Assembly (NCBI GenBank): GCA_001004885.1
Contig: LCRX01000015.1
Coordinates: 1-54,914 of the forward strand
Direction of reading: 5' to 3'
Origin: Candidatus Magasanikbacteria bacterium GW2011_GWA2_56_11
Lineage (GTDB): Bacteria; Patescibacteriota; Patescibacteriia; Magasanikbacterales; UBA922
Length of the DNA: 54,914 nt
Shown: positions 27,399 through 35,725 of the stretch, one piece after another
How the letters are laid out: each line of letters starts with the position of its first letter
Numbering within the stretch: the first letter of the stretch is position 1
Position numbers and translations under genes: made by a program
Notes under the pieces: model-generated
What the model was told of the DNA's origin: nothing
Databases searched by the model: none
Seen by the model: the letters and a program-made list of their open reading frames with translations, nothing else

Positions 27399-28376
27399 AT
27401 GGAGCACCTCAAATTTTTTTCGGAGATATCAAAAGGCAATGTCGATATCGCCGGCGGCAAAGGCGCTTCCCTGGGCGAAATGACCCAGGCCGGGCTGGCA
27501 GTTCCGCCCGGGTTTGTGGTCCTATCCAGCGCCTTTGACCGTTTCATTGAAGAAACGCATTTAAATGGCGAGATAATCGCCCGACTCGCCGCCGTGAACC
27601 CGGCCGATACGAACAGCGTAGACCGGGCGAGCAATGCCTTGCGCGGCGTCATTCACGACACCTCCATGCCAGAGGATCTAAAGGCGGATATCCTGGGCGC
27701 GTACAAAAAACTTGGGGCCGAGTACGTCGCCGTCCGCTCGAGCGCGACCGCCGAGGATTCGTCGGTCGCGAGCTGGGCCGGAGAGCTCGAAACCTATCTC
27801 AATACGACCGAGGCCGATCTGCTTGAGCGCGTCCGGCGCTGCTGGTCGTCTCTTTTTACTCCGCGGGCTATTTTTTACCGCCATGAAAAAGATTTGATTA
27901 GCGCGCACGTATCGGTGGCGGTCGTGGTGCAAAAAATGATTCAGTCGGAGATTTCGGGTATTGCTTTTACTGTCCACCCCGTGACCGAGGACCGCGATCA
28001 GATGATCATCGAGGCCGGCTATGGGCTGGGCGAGGCGATAGTGAGCGGCCAGATTACGCCGGATTCATATGTCGTAAGCAAAGGCGAGATGAGTATTTTG
28101 GATATTTCTATCGGACACCAGACGCGAAAGCTGGAAAAAATGGCCGCTGCCGGAGTTTCGGCAAACAAAGATGAAGAAAATCCTTCCAATGCCTGGGTTG
28201 ACCTCGGCGAGGCCGGGGAGAGGCAGAAGCTCACCGGGCGGCAGATAATGGAACTGGCGGCGCTGTGCAAAAAAATCGAGGACCACTACGGCTTCCCCTG
28301 CGATATCGAATGGGCCTACGAGGGCGGGCAATTTTACATTACCCAGAGCCGACCGATTACGACGCTGAAAACATAA
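27399..28376 (+). CDS. stand-alone PPDK/PEP-synthase N-terminal ATP-grasp domain protein
   Basis: GGKGASLGEM, VPPGF, AVRSSATAED, VVVQKM, GLGEAIVSG, DIEWA..G.FYI.QSRPITT then stop; no His or barrel domain. Confidence 0.92.
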   Translation: MEHLKFFSEISKGNVDIAGGKGASLGEMTQAGLAVPPGFVVLSSAFDRFIEETHLNGEIIARLAAVNPADTNSVDRASNALRGVIHDTSMPEDLKADILGAYKKLGAEYVAVRSSATAEDSSVASWAGELETYLNTTEADLLERVRRCWSSLFTPRAIFYRHEKDLISAHVSVAVVVQKMIQSEISGIAFTVHPVTEDRDQMIIEAGYGLGEAIVSGQITPDSYVVSKGEMSILDISIGHQTRKLEKMAAAGVSANKDEENPSNAWVDLGEAGERQKLTGRQIMELAALCKKIEDHYGFPCDIEWAYEGGQFYITQSRPITTLKT

Positions 28377-28380
28377 TATT

Positions 28381-28530
28381 GTCCAGCGCGACGCGCAAAA
28401 GATAATCAGCGAAGGCATGACCGAGGAGTATCTCAACTACCTCTACATCCAGAACCTCAAGGATAGAGAGGGGACTATCTATGTACCGGTTAACCCGGGC
28501 AACGGCTTGCCGCTGTTCCTCGGCCTCTAG
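28381..28530 (+). pseudogene. C-terminal fragment resembling an SPFH/prohibitin-family protein
   Basis: reads VQRDAQKIISEGMTEEYLNYLYIQNLKDREGTIYVPVNPGNGLPLFLGL*; no N-terminus present. Confidence 0.45.
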
Positions 28531-28723
28531 GTAGCGTACCAGTTTCGCGGTTGGTATTCCGTTGAGAAATAATTTATATCCACAGGGATATTAAGAGGCA
28601 AGGTCTTGATAGTCTTTGTGGCTTTCCCTTCTGTGGTTCTAATAATTTGCCTAGTTTTAGCCTTTACACTGGGTACTACTAACTAATATATTTTCTCCGA
28701 TTATCCATTTCAGAAAAAATCAG

Positions 28724-28752
28724 TTGACAGCCAGGCGAAAAAGTGCTATTAT
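28724..28752 (+). promoter_or_regulatory. sigma70-type promoter
   Basis: TTGACA-N17-TATTAT. Confidence 0.75.
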
Positions 28753-28874
28753 ACAGCTAACAATTTGGGCAACGGCGTCAGCAAGGTTCCCAAAGGTTAT
28801 CCCGGCTCGGCCGGGATAAGGTCGATTTAACCAAGCTTCTCAAATCACTTTGGGAACCAAAGAAGACAGTTCGT

Positions 28875-29174
28875 ATGGCATTTGGAAACGACCGGCAAAT
28901 GTACGATGTGGATCTTACCTGCGCTCAGTGCGGGACCCACATCAGTCAGTTGCCTTTCCAGCCGTCCGGCGACCGTCCAGTCTATTGTTCAGACTGCAAC
29001 CGTGCCCGCCGCGACCGCTTCTCGAGCAACACTCGTCCGCCACGTCAGATGTTCCAGGTAGATCTTACCTGCGCTGAATGCGGCACCGCCATTACCGAGC
29101 TTCCGTTCCAGCCGAGCGGCGACAAACCGGTATATTGCCGGAATTGTATGCAAGCTCGCCGGGACAGGGCCTAG
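28875..29174 (+). CDS. tandem CxxC-x17-CxxC zinc-ribbon protein
   Basis: two repeats of CA[QE]CG..I..LPFQPSGD[RK]PVYC..C; terminator hairpin with T tract at ~29190-29218. Confidence 0.9.
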   Translation: MAFGNDRQMYDVDLTCAQCGTHISQLPFQPSGDRPVYCSDCNRARRDRFSSNTRPPRQMFQVDLTCAECGTAITELPFQPSGDKPVYCRNCMQARRDRA

Positions 29175-29288
29175 CCGGTAACAGCAACAAAAGATCCCCG
29201 TGAGGGGGTTTTTTGTTTAACCAGATAAACCGCCAGCTTAATCGCTGGCGGTTTTCATTTGCCCCAGGCTTTGGACGGGTACACTAAA

Positions 29289-29317
29289 TTGACAAGAATG
29301 GCTTTTGCCGCTATAGT
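29289..29317 (+). promoter_or_regulatory. sigma70-type promoter
   Basis: TTGACA-N17-TATAGT. Confidence 0.7.
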
Positions 29318-29323
29318 TTTTAC

Positions 29324-29459
29324 GGTGTTTCCCACCTTTGGCGTCGTGGCTCAATCCCGCCTTCGGCTTGCCCGCCCCACTTCTGCTTCCACGGTATGAG
29401 TGTAGGGCAGCCAAAAAAGCCACGACGCCATCCCTACACCTGGCCCTCGGGCCTTTTTT
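29324..29459 (+). ncRNA. candidate structured RNA (6S-like long hairpin or mnmA leader)
   Basis: perfect 13-bp helix 29339-29351/29418-29430, end pairing ggtgt/acacc, inner ttgccc/gggcag, then a short hairpin plus T6. Confidence 0.45.
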
Positions 29460-29468
29460 AATAGGATT

Positions 29469-30578
29469 ATGGCCAAAAAGCGGCGGTCGAAAATTCTTGT
29501 AGCCATGTCCGGCGGCGTTGACTCGTCTGTCGCGGCTTGGCAGCTATTGCGGCAGGGCGACGACGTAACCGGGGCCTTTATGGTCAACTACGGCGGTGGC
29601 GCGGACGCAAGGACAGGGGCTTCCGCCGCCGGCGAGTGCTGGGTGCCAGAGTATCGCGACGCGCTCAGGGTGGCAGCTTACCTCGGCATACCGCTCCTGC
29701 GCCTCGATTTTACCCGCGAATACCGCCAGCTCGTGCTTAGTTATTTGTACCGCGAATACCGCGCCGGCCGCACTCCAAACCCAGACGTTCTGTGCAACCG
29801 GCAGATAAAATTCGGCGCCTGGCTCGACACTGCCCGTCGCTTGGGATTTGCGCAGCTGGCCACCGGCCATTACGCCCAAATATTAGCTCCGGATCGCGGC
29901 CACCAATTCTATCGGCTGGGCACGGCCCGCGATAAGCAAAAAGACCAGACGTATTTCTTGCACCAACTGACGCAAAATCAGCTCCAGGCGGCGCTCTTTC
30001 CCGTAGGCGGCTATACCAAAAGCGAGGTCCGGCAGCTGGCCAGGCGCGCCGGCCTGCCGACCGCCGAAAAAGAGGAAAGCATGGGAATTTGTTTTGTGGG
30101 CGAAGTGCCAATGAAAGATTTTTTGGGCGCCAAAATACCGCCGCATCCGGGCCGGGTAGTAACCGCTGCCGGCCAGGTAATCGGCCAACATCAGGGTTTG
30201 CCTTTTTATACCATCGGGCAGCGGCATATCGGGGTCAATTGCGGCGGCGCTGCCGGCGACCGCCAGCGGCCGCTGTATGTAGCCGCCAAGAGGCCCCGCA
30301 CCAACGAGCTCATAGTCGCGGAGAAAGATGACCCGACCTTGCTTAGCCGGGAATTTACGGTTGCCGGCATCAACTGGATAAGTGGACACCGCCCGGCCTT
30401 TCCATTAGAATGTAAAGTACGCCTGCGGCACCGGCAGCCATGGCGAAAGTGCCGCGTCCTGGCTCTCGGGCGGAGGACAAAAGTCATCTGCGCCCGGCCG
30501 GAGTGGGGGGTAACGCCGGGCCAGTTCGCAGTCTTTTATGACGACTTTTCCTGCCTCGGCGGGGGAGCTGTCAAATAA
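29469..30578 (+). CDS. mnmA: tRNA 2-thiouridine synthase MnmA
   Basis: AMSGGVDSS, TPNPDVLCN..IKF, ATGHYA, KDQTYFL, ESMGICFVG, TPGQFAVFY. Confidence 0.96.
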   Translation: MAKKRRSKILVAMSGGVDSSVAAWQLLRQGDDVTGAFMVNYGGGADARTGASAAGECWVPEYRDALRVAAYLGIPLLRLDFTREYRQLVLSYLYREYRAGRTPNPDVLCNRQIKFGAWLDTARRLGFAQLATGHYAQILAPDRGHQFYRLGTARDKQKDQTYFLHQLTQNQLQAALFPVGGYTKSEVRQLARRAGLPTAEKEESMGICFVGEVPMKDFLGAKIPPHPGRVVTAAGQVIGQHQGLPFYTIGQRHIGVNCGGAAGDRQRPLYVAAKRPRTNELIVAEKDDPTLLSREFTVAGINWISGHRPAFPLECKVRLRHRQPWRKCRVLALGRRTKVICARPEWGVTPGQFAVFYDDFSCLGGGAVK

Positions 30579-30586
30579 TATTCCCT

Positions 30587-32488
30587 ATGCGCACACTGTT
30601 CTCACCGCGATTCTCAGAGCGCGCCGCGCGGCTCAGTCTGGTCGGACTGGCTTTTGCCGGCGCGGTACTCTACGATATTTTTTTCTGGCAGTTGGACCCA
30701 GGGCTCGGGTTCACCATATTTGCCCTGGCGCTCATAGCGGCTATAGTTTTGACTGCCGGCCTGGCCGGACACGTGCGCCACCGGTCGGCCTATCTTTTGC
30801 TTCTGCCCCTTGTCATTCTCGGGGCCACGCGCTCGCTCTATAGCAATGACTTCGTGGCCGTGGCAGTGCCTGTGGCCTTTGGAGTCCTCCTTCTAACTTT
30901 CGTTATCCTGCTTCTCACGCGCAATCCGCACAAATATCGGTTCCATTTTTCCCGCGTGCCGCTCCTGCGCAGTCCCAACCTGCCGCTCCTGCGCCTGCCG
31001 GAGGTTTTCCGCGATCTCCTGGGCGCGGATAAAACCCGAACCCGAGCCATAGTTTGGGGCGTCATCATAGCCGTACCCCTTCTCGCGGCCTTTACAGCCC
31101 TGTTCGCCGGGGCAGACGCGATTTTTTCCGAGTGGCTGAAAGCTCTGGCCATACCCGAGGCGCTGTGGCGCACGCTCAGAACCGTCATTCTCACCGGATT
31201 ATTTTCCGGCATTCTCTACGCCCTGGTTCATCCCGAACACATCCTGTCCGCCAAAATCCACGCGGCCAAAAAATTGGAAACCGTTCTTGTCTCGACCGTA
31301 CTCATTTTGATCAACGGCCTGTTTGCGATTTTTGTCGCCATTCAAATTAAATACCTTTTCGGCTCGGCCACCTACGTGCTGAAAAACGGCCTCACTTTTG
31401 CCGATTACGCCCGCAACGGCTTCTTCCAGCTGGTTTGGGTCATGGTGCTCGCGGCCTTGATACTGATTGTGGTTTACCGCTCCGCCGCCGTACACGGACA
31501 CCGCCCGTTTACGAGCGCCCTGCAAATACTGCTTATTGTCCAGGTGGGTATAGTCGCCGCCTCCGCTCTCAGGCGGATGAACCTGTACCAGACTGCTTAC
31601 GGCTTCACCGTGCTCAGGCTTTATGTCGAGTGGTTCATTTATTTTGTTTTTACCCTGCTGGCATTCGCGGGTTTGGCCGTACTGGGCAAAATATCTTTTT
31701 CCCGGTTTGTTCACGTTAGCCTCGGCGGAGCGGTTTTGGCCCTCACCGCGGTCGGGGCCGTCAATGTCGACCGGCAGATAGCCGACGAAAATGTCCGACG
31801 GTTTGCGCTCGAAAAACAAACCGTTGACCTCGAGTATCTGGCGCGCCTCTCGGCGGACGCCGTGCCTGGCATCGTGCGGTTATCCGAACCGGAAGCGTTA
31901 AAACGGTTGTCAGTGGAACAAGTGCTGCGCCTGAATCAAATTTTGGCCGACAGCGCCGCGGATGTCGCGGCGCACGCGGACTGGCGTTCCGTTACCCTCG
32001 GCCACCTCGCGGCGGCCGACGCGGCCGCCAGGCTGGCTGAGCCGGCCCACGCCGCTATCCGGGAGGCGATTGAGCTAGACCGGCAGTATCAGAGAACGGA
32101 AACACAGCTGAACGCGGACGGCCAAGCGCGCCCCCTGGCGCAGTGTCCGTTTAATCAAATTTATTATGATTGCGCCAGGGTGGAATCCGATGGCGTTGAA
32201 TTCTGGCTGCGGCTGACAAGCAGCCCAGAGGACGCCGCGGCCGCCGCCAGCGCCGCGTCTCTCGCGGTTTATCGCGCCGATTTGGTATCCGGCTTCAAAA
32301 GTTACCGCCTGCTCGCCGAAAAAGCGCTGGCGACGGCCAGCGGAGAGAGCCGCTTTAGCCTGAGCGGCAGCGGTCTCGTGCTCGAAGCGCGCCCGGCGGA
32401 ACGAGCGCACTTTCTTCACCCGGTAGAGCTGAGCGAATCCGGCGTTATCTTTGCAGACAGCCGGCCGCTCTCATTGTCTAATCTTTAG
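30587..32488 (+). CDS. multi-pass membrane protein, DUF4173-like
   Basis: many TM helices; LF..AD.IF, YAR.GFFQL, RM.LY..AYGFT.LR, YL..LSADAVP. Confidence 0.8.
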   Translation: MRTLFSPRFSERAARLSLVGLAFAGAVLYDIFFWQLDPGLGFTIFALALIAAIVLTAGLAGHVRHRSAYLLLLPLVILGATRSLYSNDFVAVAVPVAFGVLLLTFVILLLTRNPHKYRFHFSRVPLLRSPNLPLLRLPEVFRDLLGADKTRTRAIVWGVIIAVPLLAAFTALFAGADAIFSEWLKALAIPEALWRTLRTVILTGLFSGILYALVHPEHILSAKIHAAKKLETVLVSTVLILINGLFAIFVAIQIKYLFGSATYVLKNGLTFADYARNGFFQLVWVMVLAALILIVVYRSAAVHGHRPFTSALQILLIVQVGIVAASALRRMNLYQTAYGFTVLRLYVEWFIYFVFTLLAFAGLAVLGKISFSRFVHVSLGGAVLALTAVGAVNVDRQIADENVRRFALEKQTVDLEYLARLSADAVPGIVRLSEPEALKRLSVEQVLRLNQILADSAADVAAHADWRSVTLGHLAAADAAARLAEPAHAAIREAIELDRQYQRTETQLNADGQARPLAQCPFNQIYYDCARVESDGVEFWLRLTSSPEDAAAAASAASLAVYRADLVSGFKSYRLLAEKALATASGESRFSLSGSGLVLEARPAERAHFLHPVELSESGVIFADSRPLSLSNL

Positions 32489-32502
32489 GGAAACCAACCT
32501 GT

Positions 32503-34407
32503 ATGACCACCCACGACATCCGCCGGCTGTATCTGGACTATTTTGAAAAACAGGGGCACGCGATCGTGCCGTCGTCCTCTCTTTTGCCCGAAAACGACCC
32601 GACGACGCTTTTTACCGGCAGCGGCATGCAGCCGATGGTACCTTATCTTCTCGGCCAAAAACATCCGCTAGGCACCCGCCTCACCGACTCGCAAAAATGT
32701 TTTCGCAGCCAGGACGTAGAAGAGGTGGGCGACAACCGGCACACGACTTTCTTTGAGATGCTCGGCAACTGGTCGCTCGGCGATTATTTTAAGGCCGAGC
32801 AGATACCATGGATGTACGGATTTCTCACTCGGGAACTCAAGCTCGATCCGGCCCGCCTTTACTTTACCTGCTTTCGCGGCCTTACGGAGATAGGCATACC
32901 CCGCGACGAGGAGTCGGCCGAATTATGGCGAAATTTGCTCCAAACCGATGGCGTAGACGCCGGCATAGCCGATTTTCCGGAGCGCGACGGACTGCAGGGC
33001 GCGCGGATTTTTTATTACGATGAAAAGAAAAACTGGTGGAGCCGCGCCGGGGTGCCGGGCGCCATGCCGATAGGGGAGCCGGGCGGACCGGATACCGAGA
33101 TGTTCTGGGACTTCGGCGCCGAGGGCCGGCGGCACGAAAATTCGGCCTGGCGCGAACTGCCGTGCCACGTGAATTGCGATTGCGGCCGGTTTATGGAGAT
33201 AGGCAACAACGTCTTTATGCAGTACCAGCGGACAGAATCGGGGTTCTCTGCGTTGCCGCAAAAAAATGTTGACTTCGGCGGCGGCCTGGAGAGGCTCTCG
33301 GCGGCTCTCTCCGATGAGCCGGACATATTCAAAATCGATTTATTCGCCCCGGCGCGGGTAAAATTGGAAGAATTGACCGGGCAGACATACGGTGCCGCGG
33401 CCGCCGATACCCGCGCCATGCGCATTATCCTCGACCATCTGCGGGCCGCTGTCTTCCTTATCGCCGACGGCGCGGCTCCGGGCAACAAAGACCAAGGCTA
33501 TTTTGTCCGCCGCCTTTTGCGCCGTTCCATCCGCTACGCCCAAAAAATCGGCCGCCGCCAGTCCTTCTGTCCGGCGCTGGGCGAGGCCGTGATCAAGACT
33601 TATGCCGCCTCATACCCGCAATTAGCCCACGAAGCCGGCCGCATTTTGGAGGAGTTGGAACAGGAAGAGGCCAAGTTTCGCCGCACCCTCGACCAGGGGA
33701 TGCGACAATTCGACGTTTTGGTTCAAGGTTTGAAAAACGGCAGCAGCATAAGCGCGGACGCGGCTTTCGATCTGTACCAAAGTTACGGCTTCCCCCTGGA
33801 AATGACCGAGGAGCTGGCGGCCGAGCGATCTCTGGCCGTGGACACCAAAGGATTCGATCTCGAAATGAAGCGGCACCAGGAGCTTTCCCGGCAGGGATCG
33901 GAGCACAAGTTCAAAGGCGGTCTCTCGGACCACAGCGAGATGAGCGTGAAATACCACACGGCCACGCACCTGTTGCATGCCACCCTAAAAAAGGTGCTCG
34001 GAGAGCATGTCGAGCAGCGCGGCAGCAACATTACGCCGGAGCGCCTGCGTTTTGACTTTTCCCATCCGGCCAAGATGACGGCCGAGCAGATTAGCGAAAC
34101 CGAAAAATTGATCAACGCGGCTATAAGCAGGGACTACCCGGTTTCGTGGCAGGAAATGAGCGTCGAAGAGGCCCGCGCCAAGCAGGCGATCGGCTTGTTT
34201 GCTGAACGGTACGATGGTATAGTAAAAGTGTACACCATTGGCGACTCCGGCGAACCGGCCGTAGCCGATCCTGGGGCCCCTGCCTACAGCCGCGAAATCT
34301 GCGGCGGTCCGCACGTAGAGCACACCGGGGTGCTGGGCCATTTCAGAATAGTGAAAGAGGAAGCCTGCAGCGCCGGCATCCGGAGAATCAAAGCAGTGCT
34401 CGAATAA
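32503..34407 (+). CDS. alaS: alanine-tRNA ligase, short form lacking C-Ala
   Basis: TLFTGSGMQP, HTTFFEMLGNWS.GDYFK, VDFGGGLER, editing-site HTATH and EICGGPHV; ends at 634 aa. Confidence 0.95.
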   Translation: MTTHDIRRLYLDYFEKQGHAIVPSSSLLPENDPTTLFTGSGMQPMVPYLLGQKHPLGTRLTDSQKCFRSQDVEEVGDNRHTTFFEMLGNWSLGDYFKAEQIPWMYGFLTRELKLDPARLYFTCFRGLTEIGIPRDEESAELWRNLLQTDGVDAGIADFPERDGLQGARIFYYDEKKNWWSRAGVPGAMPIGEPGGPDTEMFWDFGAEGRRHENSAWRELPCHVNCDCGRFMEIGNNVFMQYQRTESGFSALPQKNVDFGGGLERLSAALSDEPDIFKIDLFAPARVKLEELTGQTYGAAAADTRAMRIILDHLRAAVFLIADGAAPGNKDQGYFVRRLLRRSIRYAQKIGRRQSFCPALGEAVIKTYAASYPQLAHEAGRILEELEQEEAKFRRTLDQGMRQFDVLVQGLKNGSSISADAAFDLYQSYGFPLEMTEELAAERSLAVDTKGFDLEMKRHQELSRQGSEHKFKGGLSDHSEMSVKYHTATHLLHATLKKVLGEHVEQRGSNITPERLRFDFSHPAKMTAEQISETEKLINAAISRDYPVSWQEMSVEEARAKQAIGLFAERYDGIVKVYTIGDSGEPAVADPGAPAYSREICGGPHVEHTGVLGHFRIVKEEACSAGIRRIKAVLE

Positions 34408-34487
34408 AAGAATGGACTACCGAACGACGATTCCACGCGAAACAAAAAAGAACTAAAACCGTTAAACCTAAACGTCAACGCCCTATC

Positions 34488-34601
34488 GTTACGCCCCGGT
34501 TCCCACCCTGGCTTACTGCCAGGCGCGACACGGCGAGCCGCAGCGAGCCCAAGGAGCGTCCGGCAATAAGCCAGGGTGGGAACCCACGAGCGGAGGGACA
34601 G
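34488..34601 (+). repeat. dispersed hairpin element, copy 5 (divergent)
   Basis: arms 34498-34526 / 34556-34584; loop gacacggcgagccgcagcgagcccaagga (25/29 identical); flanks gttacgcc and cgagcggaggga conserved. Confidence 0.85.
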
Positions 34602-34792
34602 AAACAAAGGCAAAAAAACCGTGTACAAACCCTATCCGTTTACAGAAAAAACCATACCAGGAACGCTAAAAAAGAGCGAAGCGCGAGAAAAAAGCCGAGT
34701 CATGCCAGAGGACGAACCCATAACTCTGGACGAAAAACGTTGGGGCAGCCCGGCACAGCAGGCGCGAAATAAGGGTAATAAAAAAGACTAAC

Positions 34793-35227
34793 ATGCTTAA
34801 CAAACTATTAAGGCATTTTTGGCGGCTGCGCCGTGAATTCACGCGGTATTTTATTATCGGCATTTCGGCCTTTGTGCTCGATATCGGCAGCCTGTACGCG
34901 CTAAAGGAATACGCCGGCCTGACCCCGGTCTGGTCCGTAGTGGTGAACCAAATATTCCTCCTAAACGCCGTTTTCCTGCTCAATAAATACTGGTCGTTCC
35001 AGGCCCGCGGTTACGGACACCGGCAGGCAGCGAGATTCTATCTGCTCGCTGGCGCCAACTACTTGTTTTCCATTGCCTGGATGTGGTTTTTAAGTTACCG
35101 CCTGGAGGTACACTATCTGCCCGCCAGGATCGGCAACATAGTGCTGGCGGTCGGTTGGAATTTTTTTCTCTACAAATACTGGGTGTACCGCGAAGCCAAA
35201 GCAGAGGGGCCGCTCATTGCGGGCTAA
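34793..35227 (+). CDS. GtrA-family membrane protein
   Basis: RYFIIG..AF..D, FLLNKYWSF, WNFFLYKYWVY. Confidence 0.85.
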   Translation: MLNKLLRHFWRLRREFTRYFIIGISAFVLDIGSLYALKEYAGLTPVWSVVVNQIFLLNAVFLLNKYWSFQARGYGHRQAARFYLLAGANYLFSIAWMWFLSYRLEVHYLPARIGNIVLAVGWNFFLYKYWVYREAKAEGPLIAG

Positions 35228-35357
35228 AGCCGTCTCGGCCAACGCTGTTTCCGTGCTGCCGCACGGCGCTGTGCATAAGTTTCGTCAAATTGGCCGTGAA
35301 ATTTAAACTAAGCTCAACACAGCTAAAAAGGCCCCATAGGTATATGTTATTGTCAGC

Positions 35358-35386
35358 TTGACAACTAATAAATAATGGGCTACAAT
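35358..35386 (+). promoter_or_regulatory. sigma70-type promoter of the infA-alpha operon
   Basis: TTGACA-N17-TACAAT. Confidence 0.8.
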
Positions 35387-35407
35387 AGGCCCAGTAATTT
35401 TTGCGCC

Positions 35408-35626
35408 ATGAGCAAAAACGATTCAGTGCTAGAAATGCGCGGCACCATTGACGAGGTGCTGCCCGGAGCCAAATTTCGCGTCATGCTCGAAAACAATCTC
35501 ATGGTCATCGCCCATCTTTCCGGCAAAATGCGGGTGCACAACATCCGCCTTGGCGTCGGAGACGAGGTCAAAGTGGAGATGACTCCCTACGATCTGACAA
35601 AAGGAAGAATAACGTATCGATTTTAG
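35408..35626 (+). CDS. infA: translation initiation factor IF-1
   Basis: [16 protein letters not shown]....AHLSGKMR...I....[19 protein letters not shown]. Confidence 0.97.
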   Translation: MSKNDSVLEMRGTIDEVLPGAKFRVMLENNLMVIAHLSGKMRVHNIRLGVGDEVKVEMTPYDLTKGRITYRF

Positions 35627-35725
35627 GGACCAGTATCAACCAGTGCGGTGTAGCTCGGCATCTCCCAAAAGGGGCATACCGCTGAGCGATGATATCGCGG
35701 CAGTGGTTGATATTTTTCTTTTTAT

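Noticed and set aside
10881-28376. Calling the array or the 27399 gene PEP synthase (ppsA) or PTS enzyme I
   Set aside because: No pyruvate/PEP-binding TIM-barrel domain or HPr-binding domain is visible in any member; only the His-swivel or ATP-grasp modules are present.
29324-29440. SRP (4.5S) RNA on the minus strand because of an AAGCAG motif
   Set aside because: The CAGG strand and GNRA tetraloop of domain IV are absent, and the promoter and terminator point to the plus strand.
32503-34407. Short AlaRS as a pseudogene
   Set aside because: Aminoacylation and editing motifs are intact and it ends cleanly; C-Ala-less forms are known.
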